This document shows, one piece after another, positions 1 through 9,648 of a stretch of DNA of 60,689 nucleotides. The position numbers and the translations under genes were made by a program. Origin of the DNA: Nitrospirota bacterium (GTDB lineage Bacteria > Nitrospirota > UBA9217); the NCBI GenBank assembly GCA_046704425.1, contig JBJKRX010000083.1:1-60689 (forward strand). Reading direction: 5' to 3'. Each line of letters opens with the position of its first letter. The stretch's first letter is position 1. The notes under the pieces are model-generated. The model made no database searches, was not told the DNA's origin, and worked only from the letters and a program-made list of their open reading frames with translations.

Positions 1-1546
1 CCATGTTGTCGACGCGCTCCACGTCCCCCTGGGGGCCGTGATAATAGAAGCTGCCGTACCCCAGATCGGCCGAGCCATTTGCCTCGGTGGCGATCTCCGC
101 GGCCGTCTTGCCGTTTGCCCGCTGGGCACCGGCGCCGTGCACGTCCAGGAGCGAGTAGGTGCCGGTCTGCGGATCCTGGAAGTATCCCAAGGCGCGGCCG
201 AAGGAGACATAGGCGGCGTCCGTGCCGTGGCCCGAATAGTCGGCATGGGTGGTAGAGGTCCAGTAGTAGCCCCAGTCTTGCTGTCCGCCCTCGTTCGTGA
301 TGGACGTGGCGTTGAAGATCGGATCGAGGGCGGGGCTCGACGTGGCGTCCGGGGCGCGGTCGTAATCGACGATGCTCTGCAGTTCCTTGGCGTTCGGCAG
401 CCGCCAATCCGTATGACCGCCCGTGGTCGCTGCTTCGCAGTGCGCCACGGCGTCTTCGAAGTTCGTGGCTTGGTAGTCGTTCTTCTCCCACATGAGGTTC
501 GTGGCAAGGTCCGTGACGGTCTGGTCCCCGTTGTCCACGAAATCGTTCTTCCCGTAGTCGGTGTTCCCGGCAACGCAGTGGACGTAGAAGGTCTTGGGAC
601 TGTTCGTCGGGAAATCATAGGGATATCCCTTGATCCTGCCGTCCACGAAATTGACCCCGAACATGGTGTCGTTTCCCATCATGGTCTTCGCCACAGAGAG
701 GGTGGAGGTGGCCATCTGGCCGTCGATGATCCGGTCACCGGCGCTGGTATCGCCGAAGGCGCGCTGGAAATAGGTATTGTCGATGAACTGCGTGAGCGTG
801 GAGGTGTCGGTCCCCGTGTACCCGCTCGGGTCGCCGCCCCGGAAGTCCATGAGGGAATAGAGCTCCTTGATGGTGGGCAGCCGCCAGGTAAAGCCGTCCA
901 GGTTCAGGTTTGCGCAGTAGGTCACTGCCGCGGGCTGGGTGAGCTTGTCGTTGATATCGACCACGCCGTCTCCATTGATGTCCACCTTGCTGGTCCAGAT
1001 GAGGCCGGTCACGTTGTCGATCACTACCATGCCGTCGGGGCTCAGCGTATAGCTCGGCTGCTTGCCCTGGTAATCGGCATCGTATCCCGTGCCGGTGCAG
1101 GCGGTCTGCACGCCGGTCGAGGAATCGTAGCAGGCGGTCTGATGGGTATCGACCACGTTATAGAGCCCGGTGGTGCACCGGATGTTCACGTCGGTCACGT
1201 TCCCGGTCGCGGCACCTGCGTGATTATAGACGTCGCAGAACTGATCGGGAGAGGTCGGCTGGGTCTTGACTGAAACGCTGTACGTTGCCCCGTCGGCGAT
1301 CGCGGCCGCAAAGGTGAAGGTGCCGTCGCTGCTTATGGACAGGTCGCCGCCGTTGTTGTCCTGGAGCACGAGCCCGCTGCCGGCAAGGCCCGTGACCGTG
1401 CCGCCCACGGTGTAGGCGGCGGTATCCGTACCTTGCTGTGGCCCCTGGTTTTGCTGGTTATTCGTATGCGTGCTGCAACCAGCCAGCAGGATCAGCAAAA
1501 TGCCGCCCAGCAAGTGCCGGATTGCAACAAGGATCGTCTTTCGCAT
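1..1546 (-). CDS. Lipoprotein with an N-terminal beta-sandwich-like module and tandem DUF1566 (Lcl C-terminal) domains; 3' end runs off the window
   Basis: Absent from the ORF track (no stop in window). Manual translation from ATG 1546, with GGAG upstream: MRKTILVAIRHLLGGILLILLAGC (lipobox), YTVGGTVTGL..., DNVTGLIW...WRLPTIKEL, DLATNLMW...DWRLPNAKELQSIVDY. Open to the window edge and clearly paralogous to the gene at 37847. Confidence 0.85.
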   Translation of the reverse strand, partial: MRKTILVAIRHLLGGILLILLAGCSTHTNNQQNQGPQQGTDTAAYTVGGTVTGLAGSGLVLQDNNGGDLSISSDGTFTFAAAIADGATYSVSVKTQPTSPDQFCDVYNHAGAATGNVTDVNIRCTTGLYNVVDTHQTACYDSSTGVQTACTGTGYDADYQGKQPSYTLSPDGMVVIDNVTGLIWTSKVDINGDGVVDINDKLTQPAAVTYCANLNLDGFTWRLPTIKELYSLMDFRGGDPSGYTGTDTSTLTQFIDNTYFQRAFGDTSAGDRIIDGQMATSTLSVAKTMMGNDTMFGVNFVDGRIKGYPYDFPTNSPKTFYVHCVAGNTDYGKNDFVDNGDQTVTDLATNLMWEKNDYQATNFEDAVAHCEAATTGGHTDWRLPNAKELQSIVDYDRAPDATSSPALDPIFNATSITNEGGQQDWGYYWTSTTHADYSGHGTDAAYVSFGRALGYFQDPQTGTYSLLDVHGAGAQRANGKTAAEIATEANGSADLGYGSFYYHGPQGDVERVDNM

Positions 1547-1662
1547 GGGTTCTTCTCCAGGAAATGCGCCCCTCCGTTCCGAACTGTGGTGAGGGTCGAT
1601 GATTCCGAATCCGTTCGCTCATACAAGACGACGGGATCGGATTCAATCGCGTCCTTCCTGCC

Positions 1663-1692
1663 ATGATGCAGCAATGTGGATTGCCTTGTCAA
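1663..1692 (-). promoter_or_regulatory. Putative sigma70 promoter for the DUF1566 lipoprotein
   Basis: Minus strand TTGACA-N18-CATCAT upstream of ATG 1546. Confidence 0.35.
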
Positions 1693-1745
1693 GAGATGAA
1701 TAATTTACCGGGTCCTGCGTAGAAAATCAGGCCCTCTTTCGCATA

Positions 1746-1776
1746 GAAAACGGGTCCCCGGTTTCCCGGAGACCCG
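1746..1776 (-). terminator. Intrinsic terminator after the YkgJ gene
   Basis: Minus strand CGGGTCTCCGG-GAAA-CCGGGGACCCG followed by TTTTC. Confidence 0.65.
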
Positions 1777-1862
1777 TCCGCACAATGCCGCTTTTTGATC
1801 GAGAGAAACGGCTGCCGTGCAGCGCTTCCCTCGCTCGTCGTTCCTTTACCTGTCGGATTCTC

Positions 1863-2774
1863 TCACTTCTCGCCCTCTTTGTTCCCGTAGACCTTCCGCA
1901 TGATCGCGTCCACGCGGTCCTTGCGCGTCTCGGCGACCCCCTCCTTGAGGACAAGCGTCTGCTCGGCGAACATGGCCGACCGGAGCCACTCGTAGCCCAG
2001 CTTCAAAAGCTCCGCATCGTCGGCCCGGACCTTCTCGATCCTTTCCTGCGGGATCTCGTAGGTATCCAGGAAATTGCTCTCGAACACGAACTGGCGGAAA
2101 TAATCGGTGTTCGTGCTGACCATGAAGAACATCTGATTCTTGATCTCGGGAAACTCCTTCTCGCCGAAGGACTTTTTCTTGATCAGGATCTCCATCCAGC
2201 CGCGGTTCATCTCATCGTGCAGGTCGGACCCTTGGTCCTTGCGCCACTCGTCGATGGTCCACTCCTTGTCCTCCTCGAACCCCTTGCAGTGGTCCTCCTT
2301 GGTCATGAAGTAGAACTCGTCCTTGCCGCTCGCCTCGTCCTTCTTGCGCAGGGTCGCCATGCCCACGGGGTAATACCGGCAGATGTTCGGCCGGTCCTCA
2401 TAGACCGTGCAACCGTCGGGCGTCAGGAAGGGGCAGCTCCGCTTCTCGTCGTCCCGCATCTTGAGCGTGATGACCGGCAGGAGCGTCTTCGCCAGTATCT
2501 CGATCTCGCAGTAGGTAGTGATGAACTCCTCGCTCGTCATCCCAAGCCGCTTGCGGAGCCTGAGGAGGTCGAAGGGCGGCAGCACGATGTTGATGTTGCT
2601 GCAGCAGGCGGTGAAGCACCGCACCCCCTTGTGACAGCGGAACTTGAACCTGCTCTTGCCCGTCAGCTTGACCGGCACGACCTTGTCGGTCTTGGCTTTG
2701 ATCGCCGGCAAGGCGTCGTCGGCCAGCTCCTGCTCGAAATCCTTTTTTTCGTCCTTCGTGTCTCGTATCGACAT
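1863..2774 (-). CDS. YkgJ family (CxxCxxCC-type) cysteine cluster protein
   Basis: FRCHKGVRCFTACC, CPFLTPDGCTVYEDRPNICRYYP and a C-terminal HCKG. ATG 2774 chosen; GTG 2783 is the alternative. Confidence 0.85.
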   Translation of the reverse strand: MSIRDTKDEKKDFEQELADDALPAIKAKTDKVVPVKLTGKSRFKFRCHKGVRCFTACCSNINIVLPPFDLLRLRKRLGMTSEEFITTYCEIEILAKTLLPVITLKMRDDEKRSCPFLTPDGCTVYEDRPNICRYYPVGMATLRKKDEASGKDEFYFMTKEDHCKGFEEDKEWTIDEWRKDQGSDLHDEMNRGWMEILIKKKSFGEKEFPEIKNQMFFMVSTNTDYFRQFVFESNFLDTYEIPQERIEKVRADDAELLKLGYEWLRSAMFAEQTLVLKEGVAETRKDRVDAIMRKVYGNKEGEK

Positions 2775-2789
2775 ACCTTCCACTCCCCT

Positions 2790-3332
2790 TCAGCGTGAAA
2801 CATCTGGTGTGTTGTTTTCTGACCCGTGATTCTCCTGCATCCAGCCTTGGATCTCCTGATGCTGCGCTCTGAACAGCGCGACCCCCTCGTGCTCCGGCCC
2901 CAGGATCTTCCGGAACCGTTCCAGTGCCCGGGAAAACGGCAGTTCCACGGTGCCGTTCAGCATGTTGTCCGCGTAGGAAACGATCTTCTCTTCCGGGGTC
3001 TGCGGCAGGTAGTCCTTCTCCGGCAGCCCCAGCCGCACGGCCTCGGCCGCCGTGATCCCGGCGCCGACGTGCCGCTCGATGATCGCAAGAAGGGCCTCGG
3101 AAAATCCGAGTTCCCTGCCGAGGGCGACGCCCGCGAGCGCGTGGTCGATGCCGTGGGTCCGCGACCGTCCGATGTCGTGGAACAGGCCGCCCTGGCGGAC
3201 CAGTTCCCGGTCCACGGGGCGCGTGATCCGCTCGGCAATGGCTGCGGCGGTTTGCGACACTTTCAGACAGTGGGCGACGACAGCAGGGGAGCAGCCGACG
3301 GAGATAAGCAGGTCCTTGTCACGATGCGGCAT
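2790..3332 (-). CDS. HD (HDIG) domain phosphohydrolase
   Basis: HC...LFHDIGR...H...IERHVGAG...EEKIVSYADN motifs. Confidence 0.85.
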   Translation of the reverse strand: MPHRDKDLLISVGCSPAVVAHCLKVSQTAAAIAERITRPVDRELVRQGGLFHDIGRSRTHGIDHALAGVALGRELGFSEALLAIIERHVGAGITAAEAVRLGLPEKDYLPQTPEEKIVSYADNMLNGTVELPFSRALERFRKILGPEHEGVALFRAQHQEIQGWMQENHGSENNTPDVSR

Positions 3333-3386
3333 AACGTGTGTTATATTACCACTTTCCCGGGGAAATACAACGCTGGAACTGGTTGC

Positions 3387-3420
3387 AAAAAAAGGCCGCC
3401 CCCCTGCAGGGGGCGGCCTT
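3387..3420 (-). terminator. Intrinsic terminator after hppA
   Basis: GC-rich AAGGCCGCCCCC/GGGGGCGGCCTT stem running into a T7 tract on the minus strand, about 20 nt past the hppA stop. Confidence 0.8.
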
Positions 3421-3441
3421 CGGAATGCGCCACGAATCCGA

Positions 3442-5547
3442 TTAATGGATGAGCGGCACGATGAGCAGGGCCACGATGTTGATGACCTTGATCATCGGGT
3501 TGATGGCCGGACCGGCGGTGTCCTTGTAAGGATCGCCTACCGTGTCGCCGGTCACCGAGGCCTTGTGGCCTTCGCTCTTCTTCTTGTGGACCACGCCCTT
3601 CTCGTCGGTCACGCCGTCCTCGAAGGACTTCTTCGCGTTGTCCCACGCACCGCCGCCGGAGGTCATGGCGATGGCCTGGAAGAGACCGGTCAGGATCGAG
3701 CCGATCAGCATGCCGCCCAGGGCCTTGGGGCCCAGGATGAAGCCGACCAGGATCGGGGCCACGACCGGGAGGAGCGCCGGCAGCATCATCTCGCGGATCG
3801 CGGACTTGGTCACGATGTCCACGCACTTGCCGTACTCGGGCTTGGCCGTGCCTTCCATGATACCCTTGATCTCGCGGAACTGCCGACGCACCTCGTCGAC
3901 CACACCGCCCGCCGCCTTACCCACGGCCAGCATCAGACGGCCGCCGAAGTAGTAGGGGATCAGGCCGCCGATGAACAGTCCGGCGATGATGAGCGGATCA
4001 GACAGGTCGAAGGACGCGCCACTGCCCATCCGGGCGAGCTCACGGGAGTACTCGGCAAAGAGCACCAGCGCGGCCAGGGCCGCGGAACCGATGGCATATC
4101 CCTTGGTCACGGCCTTGGTGGTGTTGCCCACGGCATCCAGCGGGTCGGTGATGTCACGCACCGCGGAAGGCAGCTCGGCCATCTCGGCGATGCCGCCCGC
4201 GTTGTCCGTGATCGGTCCGTAGGAGTCGATGGCCACCACGATGCCGGTCATGGACAGCATGGAGACCGCCGAGAGGGCGATGGCGAAGAGGCCGCCGCCG
4301 GTGTTCCCGGCAAAGCCGCCGCCGAGCCAGAAGGCGGTCATGATCGCCGCAACGATGACGATGGCCGGGAGTGCCGTCGCTTCCATGCTCATGGCCAGGC
4401 CGGCGATCACGTTCGTGCCGTGGCCGGTGAGGCTCGCCTTGGCGATGGTCTTCACGGGCCGGTACTCCTTGGCCGTGTAGTACTCGGTGATCCAGACGAT
4501 GAGGCCGGTCAAGACCAAGCCGATCACGGCGATCCAGAAGACGCCTGCCGCGGTGATGTTCCACGTCATGGTCATAGGTGCACCATTCATGGTCATCGTG
4601 TAGTTCAGCACGTTCGGGATGGCCAGGAACTTCTGGGCCACGAAGTAGAAGGCGATGGCTGCGAGGATGCCGGCCGCCAGGAGGCCCTTATAGAGTGCGC
4701 CCATGATATAGTTGCTCTTTCCGAGCCGCACGAAGAAGGTGCCGATGATCGAGGCGATGATCGAGACGCCGCCCAGGAGCAGCGGGAACATGACCCAGAG
4801 GCTGTCCGGTCCGAACACGGACTTGGCCAGCAGCATGGCGGCCACGAGCGTCACCGTGTAGGTCTCGTAGAGGTCGGCGGCCATGCCGGCGCAGTCGCCC
4901 ACGTTGTCGCCCACGTTGTCCGCGATCACGGCGGGGTTGCGTGGATCGTCCTCGGGGATGCCCGCCTCTACCTTACCGACGAGGTCGGCGCCCACGTCTG
5001 CGGCCTTCGTGTAGATGCCGCCCGCGATACGGGCGAACACGCTCATGAGCGAGCAGCCGAAGCCGAGGCCCACCAGCGCATGGAAGGCCTGCTCGCCCGC
5101 ATAGGCCCTGGCGATGGCGAAATAGCCGGTCAGGCCGATGATGCCGAGGCCCACCACCATGATGCCTGTCACCGAGCCGCCCTTAAAGGACAGGGTGAGG
5201 GCGTTCTGGAGCCCCTTGGACGCGGCCTGCGTGGTACGCACGTTCGCGCGCACCGTGACCCACATGCCCACGAATCCGGCAAGTGCCGAGCCCACGGTGC
5301 CGATCACGAAGCCGATCGCCGTCCATTTGCCCAGGAAGATCGCGATAATGATGATCAGCACGACGGCGACCATCGCCACGGTCTTGTACTCGCGTGTCAG
5401 GAACGCATAGGCGCCTTCCTTCACGGCATCCGAAATGCTCCGCATCTTGTCACTGCCCGAATCCTGTTTGCTGACCCATACTGCGGTGAACAGGGCGTAG
5501 ATTACGCCGATGACGCCGCACAGCAGGGCAAACGCTGTGATACTCAT
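3442..5547 (-). CDS. hppA: Membrane-bound ion-translocating pyrophosphatase, K+-independent H+-PPase signature
   Basis: [55 protein letters not shown]; many TM helices. Confidence 0.96.
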   Translation of the reverse strand: MSITAFALLCGVIGVIYALFTAVWVSKQDSGSDKMRSISDAVKEGAYAFLTREYKTVAMVAVVLIIIIAIFLGKWTAIGFVIGTVGSALAGFVGMWVTVRANVRTTQAASKGLQNALTLSFKGGSVTGIMVVGLGIIGLTGYFAIARAYAGEQAFHALVGLGFGCSLMSVFARIAGGIYTKAADVGADLVGKVEAGIPEDDPRNPAVIADNVGDNVGDCAGMAADLYETYTVTLVAAMLLAKSVFGPDSLWVMFPLLLGGVSIIASIIGTFFVRLGKSNYIMGALYKGLLAAGILAAIAFYFVAQKFLAIPNVLNYTMTMNGAPMTMTWNITAAGVFWIAVIGLVLTGLIVWITEYYTAKEYRPVKTIAKASLTGHGTNVIAGLAMSMEATALPAIVIVAAIMTAFWLGGGFAGNTGGGLFAIALSAVSMLSMTGIVVAIDSYGPITDNAGGIAEMAELPSAVRDITDPLDAVGNTTKAVTKGYAIGSAALAALVLFAEYSRELARMGSGASFDLSDPLIIAGLFIGGLIPYYFGGRLMLAVGKAAGGVVDEVRRQFREIKGIMEGTAKPEYGKCVDIVTKSAIREMMLPALLPVVAPILVGFILGPKALGGMLIGSILTGLFQAIAMTSGGGAWDNAKKSFEDGVTDEKGVVHKKKSEGHKASVTGDTVGDPYKDTAGPAINPMIKVINIVALLIVPLIH

Positions 5548-5713
5548 CAGATATCCTCCTTTGACGATTAAAGATCAATCCGAATGAACCATTCTCCGGT
5601 CGCGTACAACAATACCTGCTTCTCCCGCCCGGCGCCAGGCACCTGCGGCGGCTCTCTCCCCCCGGCATCCCTCCTATCGGACTCCCTGAATTGCTTGCAG
5701 CGTTTGCGGCGGC

Positions 5714-6148
5714 TTACACCTCGAATTTGCCGCCGATCATATCCTTCAAATAGTGATTTTCCGCTTTCAGGTTCTTGACGAGCACGCGTACCACGTCGCG
5801 CATGGACAAGAGCCCCACCAGACCGCTCTCTTCGATCACCGGGGTATGACGGATGTTGTTCTGGATCATGATGGCCATCACGTAATCCAGGTCGTCGCCG
5901 GGCTTCACCACGAGCAGGTTCGTGCTCATGACGTCTTTGATCGCAACTTCCTTGCACTCCTTCTCGTTCGCGGCGTTCTTGACGATGTCGCGCTCGGAGA
6001 TGATCCCGACCAGCGTGCCCCGCTCCATGATCAGGAGCGCGCCGATGTTGCATTCCGCCATCTGCTTTGCCGCGTCGAGCAACGTAAGGTCGCTCGTGAT
6101 GCTGAAACACTCCAGGCCCTTGATGCTCAACAGTTCTTTGACTTTCAT
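5714..6148 (-). CDS. Stand-alone tandem CBS domain protein
   Basis: IGAL...LVGIISERDIV and IRHTPV...LVGLLSMRDVV CBS pair. Confidence 0.9.
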   Translation of the reverse strand: MKVKELLSIKGLECFSITSDLTLLDAAKQMAECNIGALLIMERGTLVGIISERDIVKNAANEKECKEVAIKDVMSTNLLVVKPGDDLDYVMAIMIQNNIRHTPVIEESGLVGLLSMRDVVRVLVKNLKAENHYLKDMIGGKFEV

Positions 6149-6191
6149 GGCTCTCTCCTGGATCAGCGCGTCATGAAGCCAACGGCTGTGC

Positions 6192-7355
6192 TCAGACGGA
6201 CCGGCCCGTGTACCGGGCGAAGACCATGGCCGTCGTACGGTAGAACAGGTGCGCGAACTTCGAATAGGGTGCGTAGGCGAAGAGCGACCAGACGAACACC
6301 AGGTGGAAATAGTAGACCCAGTATCCGGCGGTCATATCGGCGGCCCGCAGGCCCCAGGCGAACATGCCCGTGGCGCCGACGCCGATCACGATCGTAAGGA
6401 AGATCCAGTCGAAATAGGAGCCCATGCCCGCCTTCCCGGCCCTGCCGATGCGGTTCAGGAGCAGGATGATCTCCCCCAGGCCGAAGGCGATGGAGGCTGC
6501 CAGCGCCAGAATCTTCACGGGGTCGCTGAGCGGATAGGGCGATTCGCCGAAATGGAACGGACCGAAGGGCTTGATGCCGAAGAGTTCGAACCCGTAGAGA
6601 TAGACGATCGCCCAGGTGGTGACCACCGCCAGACCGGCGAAGGCGTAGAACAGGAGGAGGTGGCCCCACTGGCGAAGCCGGTTCACGGTGCAGTCGGCGA
6701 ACTTCTTATGCGCCAGGATCGTGACCACGGCCGGGACCACATGGCTAAGCGGGCTGCCCGTGCCGGTTGCGCCGCCCGACTGGGCGGCCATGCCCTTCCA
6801 GAGACGCCGGATCCCCGTGTAGGCCGAGACGACCGCGAAGATCGCGGTCAGGATGAAGATCGTATCGATAGCCGGCACCGGCATGAAGTAATGATAGGCC
6901 ATCTCCAGGCTGCGCGACCGGACTGCCGCCACGTCCGTGTTGCCCAGGATGCTGAGGACGATGTAGAACAGCGCCATCGGGATGGCAAAGAGCAGCCAGA
7001 TGAGCTTCGGATCCGTGGCGATCTTGGCGAAGAAGGGGACCAGGGCGATCTCCTTGATGCTTTGCTTGCGGATCGCGTTCAGAACCTCGCCGGGCTTGGC
7101 GCCGCGGGGGCAGTAGGCCGTGCAGTCGCTGCACTGGTGGCAAAGCCATACGTCCGGGCTCGTCACGAGCATGTCCTTCTGGCCCCACTGGGCAAGCACC
7201 ATCTCCTTGCGCGGGAACGGGTTCCCCTCGGGGGTGACGTTGCAGACCACCGAGCAGGTTGCGCACTGATAGCATTTTTTAAGGGACTCGCCGCCCCCTT
7301 TGATGATCTCGTTGACGAAGGCTAAATCCGGTTTGATGACGGTTGCATCAGACAT
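6192..7355 (-). CDS. qmoC: Quinone-interacting membrane-bound oxidoreductase subunit C
   Basis: CYQCATCSVVC and CHQCSDCTAYCP Fe-S motifs, TM cytochrome b domain ending PYSKFAH; follows qmoB. Confidence 0.95.
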   Translation of the reverse strand: MSDATVIKPDLAFVNEIIKGGGESLKKCYQCATCSVVCNVTPEGNPFPRKEMVLAQWGQKDMLVTSPDVWLCHQCSDCTAYCPRGAKPGEVLNAIRKQSIKEIALVPFFAKIATDPKLIWLLFAIPMALFYIVLSILGNTDVAAVRSRSLEMAYHYFMPVPAIDTIFILTAIFAVVSAYTGIRRLWKGMAAQSGGATGTGSPLSHVVPAVVTILAHKKFADCTVNRLRQWGHLLLFYAFAGLAVVTTWAIVYLYGFELFGIKPFGPFHFGESPYPLSDPVKILALAASIAFGLGEIILLLNRIGRAGKAGMGSYFDWIFLTIVIGVGATGMFAWGLRAADMTAGYWVYYFHLVFVWSLFAYAPYSKFAHLFYRTTAMVFARYTGRSV

Positions 7356-7411
7356 TGAATCCTCCCCTTACTCTGGTCAGGAGTTATACGCTGGTTCTCG
7401 CCGAATGCGCG

Positions 7412-9646
7412 CTACATGCTCTTGAACGGGTTCGGGCCGAACTCCTTGACCTTCTCCACGAACTCATTGATCATCTCGGGCAGTTTGTCGTATTCGTTGA
7501 TGGCGACCTGCAGCAGACCCACGCGTTCCGATTCGAGCTGGAGCCGGTTCAGGGTCTCGGAGACCTTGCTGAAGCGGGTGTTCGCGAGCTCGGAACCCTT
7601 GACGAAGTGGCACTGATAGTTCTCACCGAACTTGCAGCCAAGGAGCAGCATGCCGTCCACGCCCTTCGAGAGCGCGTCGGCCACCCAAACGAGGTTCATG
7701 CCGCCGAGACAGCGAAGCGGCACGAAGCGGACGCTCGGGTCGATCTTCGTGCGCTTGATTGCCAGGGTGTCGAGCGCCGGGTAGGCGTCGTTCTCGCAGA
7801 CCAGGCAGATGACCCGGGTGATGTCCTCGTCGTCGGGCACATCCACCGCCTTGAGCATCGAGCCGACGATGTCCACGCTGTAGTCCTTGAAGGACACGAT
7901 GCGCTCGGGGCAGGCGCCCATGCAGGTCCCGCACCGGCGGCAACGATTGAGGTTGTACTTGGGGATGCCCTTCTCGTCCTCGTCGATGGCGCCGAAGGGG
8001 CACTCTTCCGTGCACCGCTTGCAGGCCGTACATTTGATGAGCAGCGGGTCCGGGAAGGTGACGTCCCATGCGCGGGGATGGACCGCAACGCCGCGCGCTA
8101 CGTGGTCCATGGCCTGGATGGCCTTGAAGGCCGCGCCTGCGGCGTCTTCCTGGGCCTCGGCCATGTTCATGGGCTGGTGCACCGCGCCGGCGGCGTAGAT
8201 GCCGGTCCGCCGGGTCTCGTACTGGAAGCAGATGAAGTTGGAGTCCGCAAAGCCTGCGGCCCCTTCGAGGGTCGGGATCTCCGGTCCCTGCCGGTATCCG
8301 AGGCTCAGGATGGCGTCCGGCTTGGGTGTTTCGTCGAGATACTTCTTCTTCGCGTCGTCACCCGCTCCCGCGGCCGCGGTCAGGCCGTCCTGGTACTCCT
8401 GCGGGCCTCTGCTCGTCGGGATCATGCCGGTCGCCAGGACCACGAGGTCCGCCTCGACCTTCACCGCCTCGCCGGTCTTGGTCCCGAAGAGGGTGTTCTC
8501 GGCCTCCACGAAGAGATTGCCGTTGCCCGCGTCGGACACCCCCGTGACGTTCGCCTTGGTGAGCATCACGCCGGGATCGTTCTGGGCCTCTTTATAGTAG
8601 AGTTCCATTCTGCCCGGGGTCCGGATGTCCTTGTAGAAGATCATGGCAAGGGCGTCCTCGTTCCCGCGCACGTACTGGGCCTGCTTGAGCGACGTGGCGC
8701 AGCACATGGAGGAGCAGTAGGGCAGGTGGTTCGGATCGCGCTGGCCCGCGCACTGGACGAAGGCGACCTTGCGCGCCGCCTTGCCGTCGGAGGGCCGGAG
8801 GATCTTGCCGTTGTTCTTCTTCGCGATCTCTTCGAACTCGAGGTTGGTCACGACGTTCTGCAGCTTGCCGTATCCCAGGTAGTCGAGCTTGTTCGCGTCA
8901 TAGGGCTTCCAACCCGTGGCCATGACGATCGAGCCGATCTTGATCTTCTCTCCGTTCGACAGCTCGACGTTGTAGAGGCCGGGCTGCCCCTCGGTCTTGG
9001 CGACCATCGTGGACGTGTGGATCTTGATGTTCGCGTTGCCCTCGACCTCGCTCACCGTCTTGGCGATGTCCGTGTCCACGATGAGCGGCTTGCTGAAATA
9101 GGTGCTGGTGGGGATCTTCTTGTACAGCTTGTTCACGAACCCGCCGAGCTGGGCCTCCTTCTCGACGAGCACGACCTGCTGGCCCGCGTTCGCCGCGGCC
9201 AGGGCCGCCGTCATGCCCGCGATGCCGCCGCCGATCACGAGGATGGTGCTGTTCAGGTCCGCCAGGATGTTCGGCTCGGGCAGGCTGGCCTTCTGGGCCT
9301 TGGTGATGCCCATCGTGAGGTAGTCGTAGGCCGCATCGTTCGCCTCGTCCGTGTTCGGCTCGAGCGTCCAGGCCACGAACTCACGGATGTTCACCCGCTC
9401 CACGAGCGCTCCCGCGAAGGAGAACTCCTCGTACTTGACCCGCGGCGAACAGGCGGCGATGATCACCGTATTGATGCCGTTGTTGGCGATATCGTCCTTG
9501 ATGAGCTGGATGCCTTCCGGGCTGCACAGGGCGTCGTGGTTCTTATAGTTCTGGATCTTCTTGGCGGCGCCTTCGAGCTTCCCGATGTCGATGGCGTCCT
9601 TGATCCCGCATCCCTTGCAGATATACGCGCAGTATTTCTTCTCCAT
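7412..9646 (-). CDS. qmoB: QmoB (HdrA-like flavoprotein with ferredoxin and MvhD/FlpD C-terminal domain)
   Basis: Start MEKKYCAYIC at 9646; GGGIAG FAD motif, VQCAGQRD...YCSSMCC, two CxxCxxC motifs, C-terminal CENDAYPALD...LRCLGG...CHFVKG. Confidence 0.95.
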   Translation of the reverse strand: MEKKYCAYICKGCGIKDAIDIGKLEGAAKKIQNYKNHDALCSPEGIQLIKDDIANNGINTVIIAACSPRVKYEEFSFAGALVERVNIREFVAWTLEPNTDEANDAAYDYLTMGITKAQKASLPEPNILADLNSTILVIGGGIAGMTAALAAANAGQQVVLVEKEAQLGGFVNKLYKKIPTSTYFSKPLIVDTDIAKTVSEVEGNANIKIHTSTMVAKTEGQPGLYNVELSNGEKIKIGSIVMATGWKPYDANKLDYLGYGKLQNVVTNLEFEEIAKKNNGKILRPSDGKAARKVAFVQCAGQRDPNHLPYCSSMCCATSLKQAQYVRGNEDALAMIFYKDIRTPGRMELYYKEAQNDPGVMLTKANVTGVSDAGNGNLFVEAENTLFGTKTGEAVKVEADLVVLATGMIPTSRGPQEYQDGLTAAAGAGDDAKKKYLDETPKPDAILSLGYRQGPEIPTLEGAAGFADSNFICFQYETRRTGIYAAGAVHQPMNMAEAQEDAAGAAFKAIQAMDHVARGVAVHPRAWDVTFPDPLLIKCTACKRCTEECPFGAIDEDEKGIPKYNLNRCRRCGTCMGACPERIVSFKDYSVDIVGSMLKAVDVPDDEDITRVICLVCENDAYPALDTLAIKRTKIDPSVRFVPLRCLGGMNLVWVADALSKGVDGMLLLGCKFGENYQCHFVKGSELANTRFSKVSETLNRLQLESERVGLLQVAINEYDKLPEMINEFVEKVKEFGPNPFKSM

Positions 9647-9648
9647 CC

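Noticed and set aside
38-1273. 411 aa plus-strand ORF and the many other long antisense or alternate-frame ORFs (e.g. 3052-5571, 7343-9652, 19768-22137, 25116-28025, 54619-56859, 56726-59644)
   Set aside because: They are shadows of real genes in high-GC DNA, Arg/Gly/Pro-rich and without family motifs.
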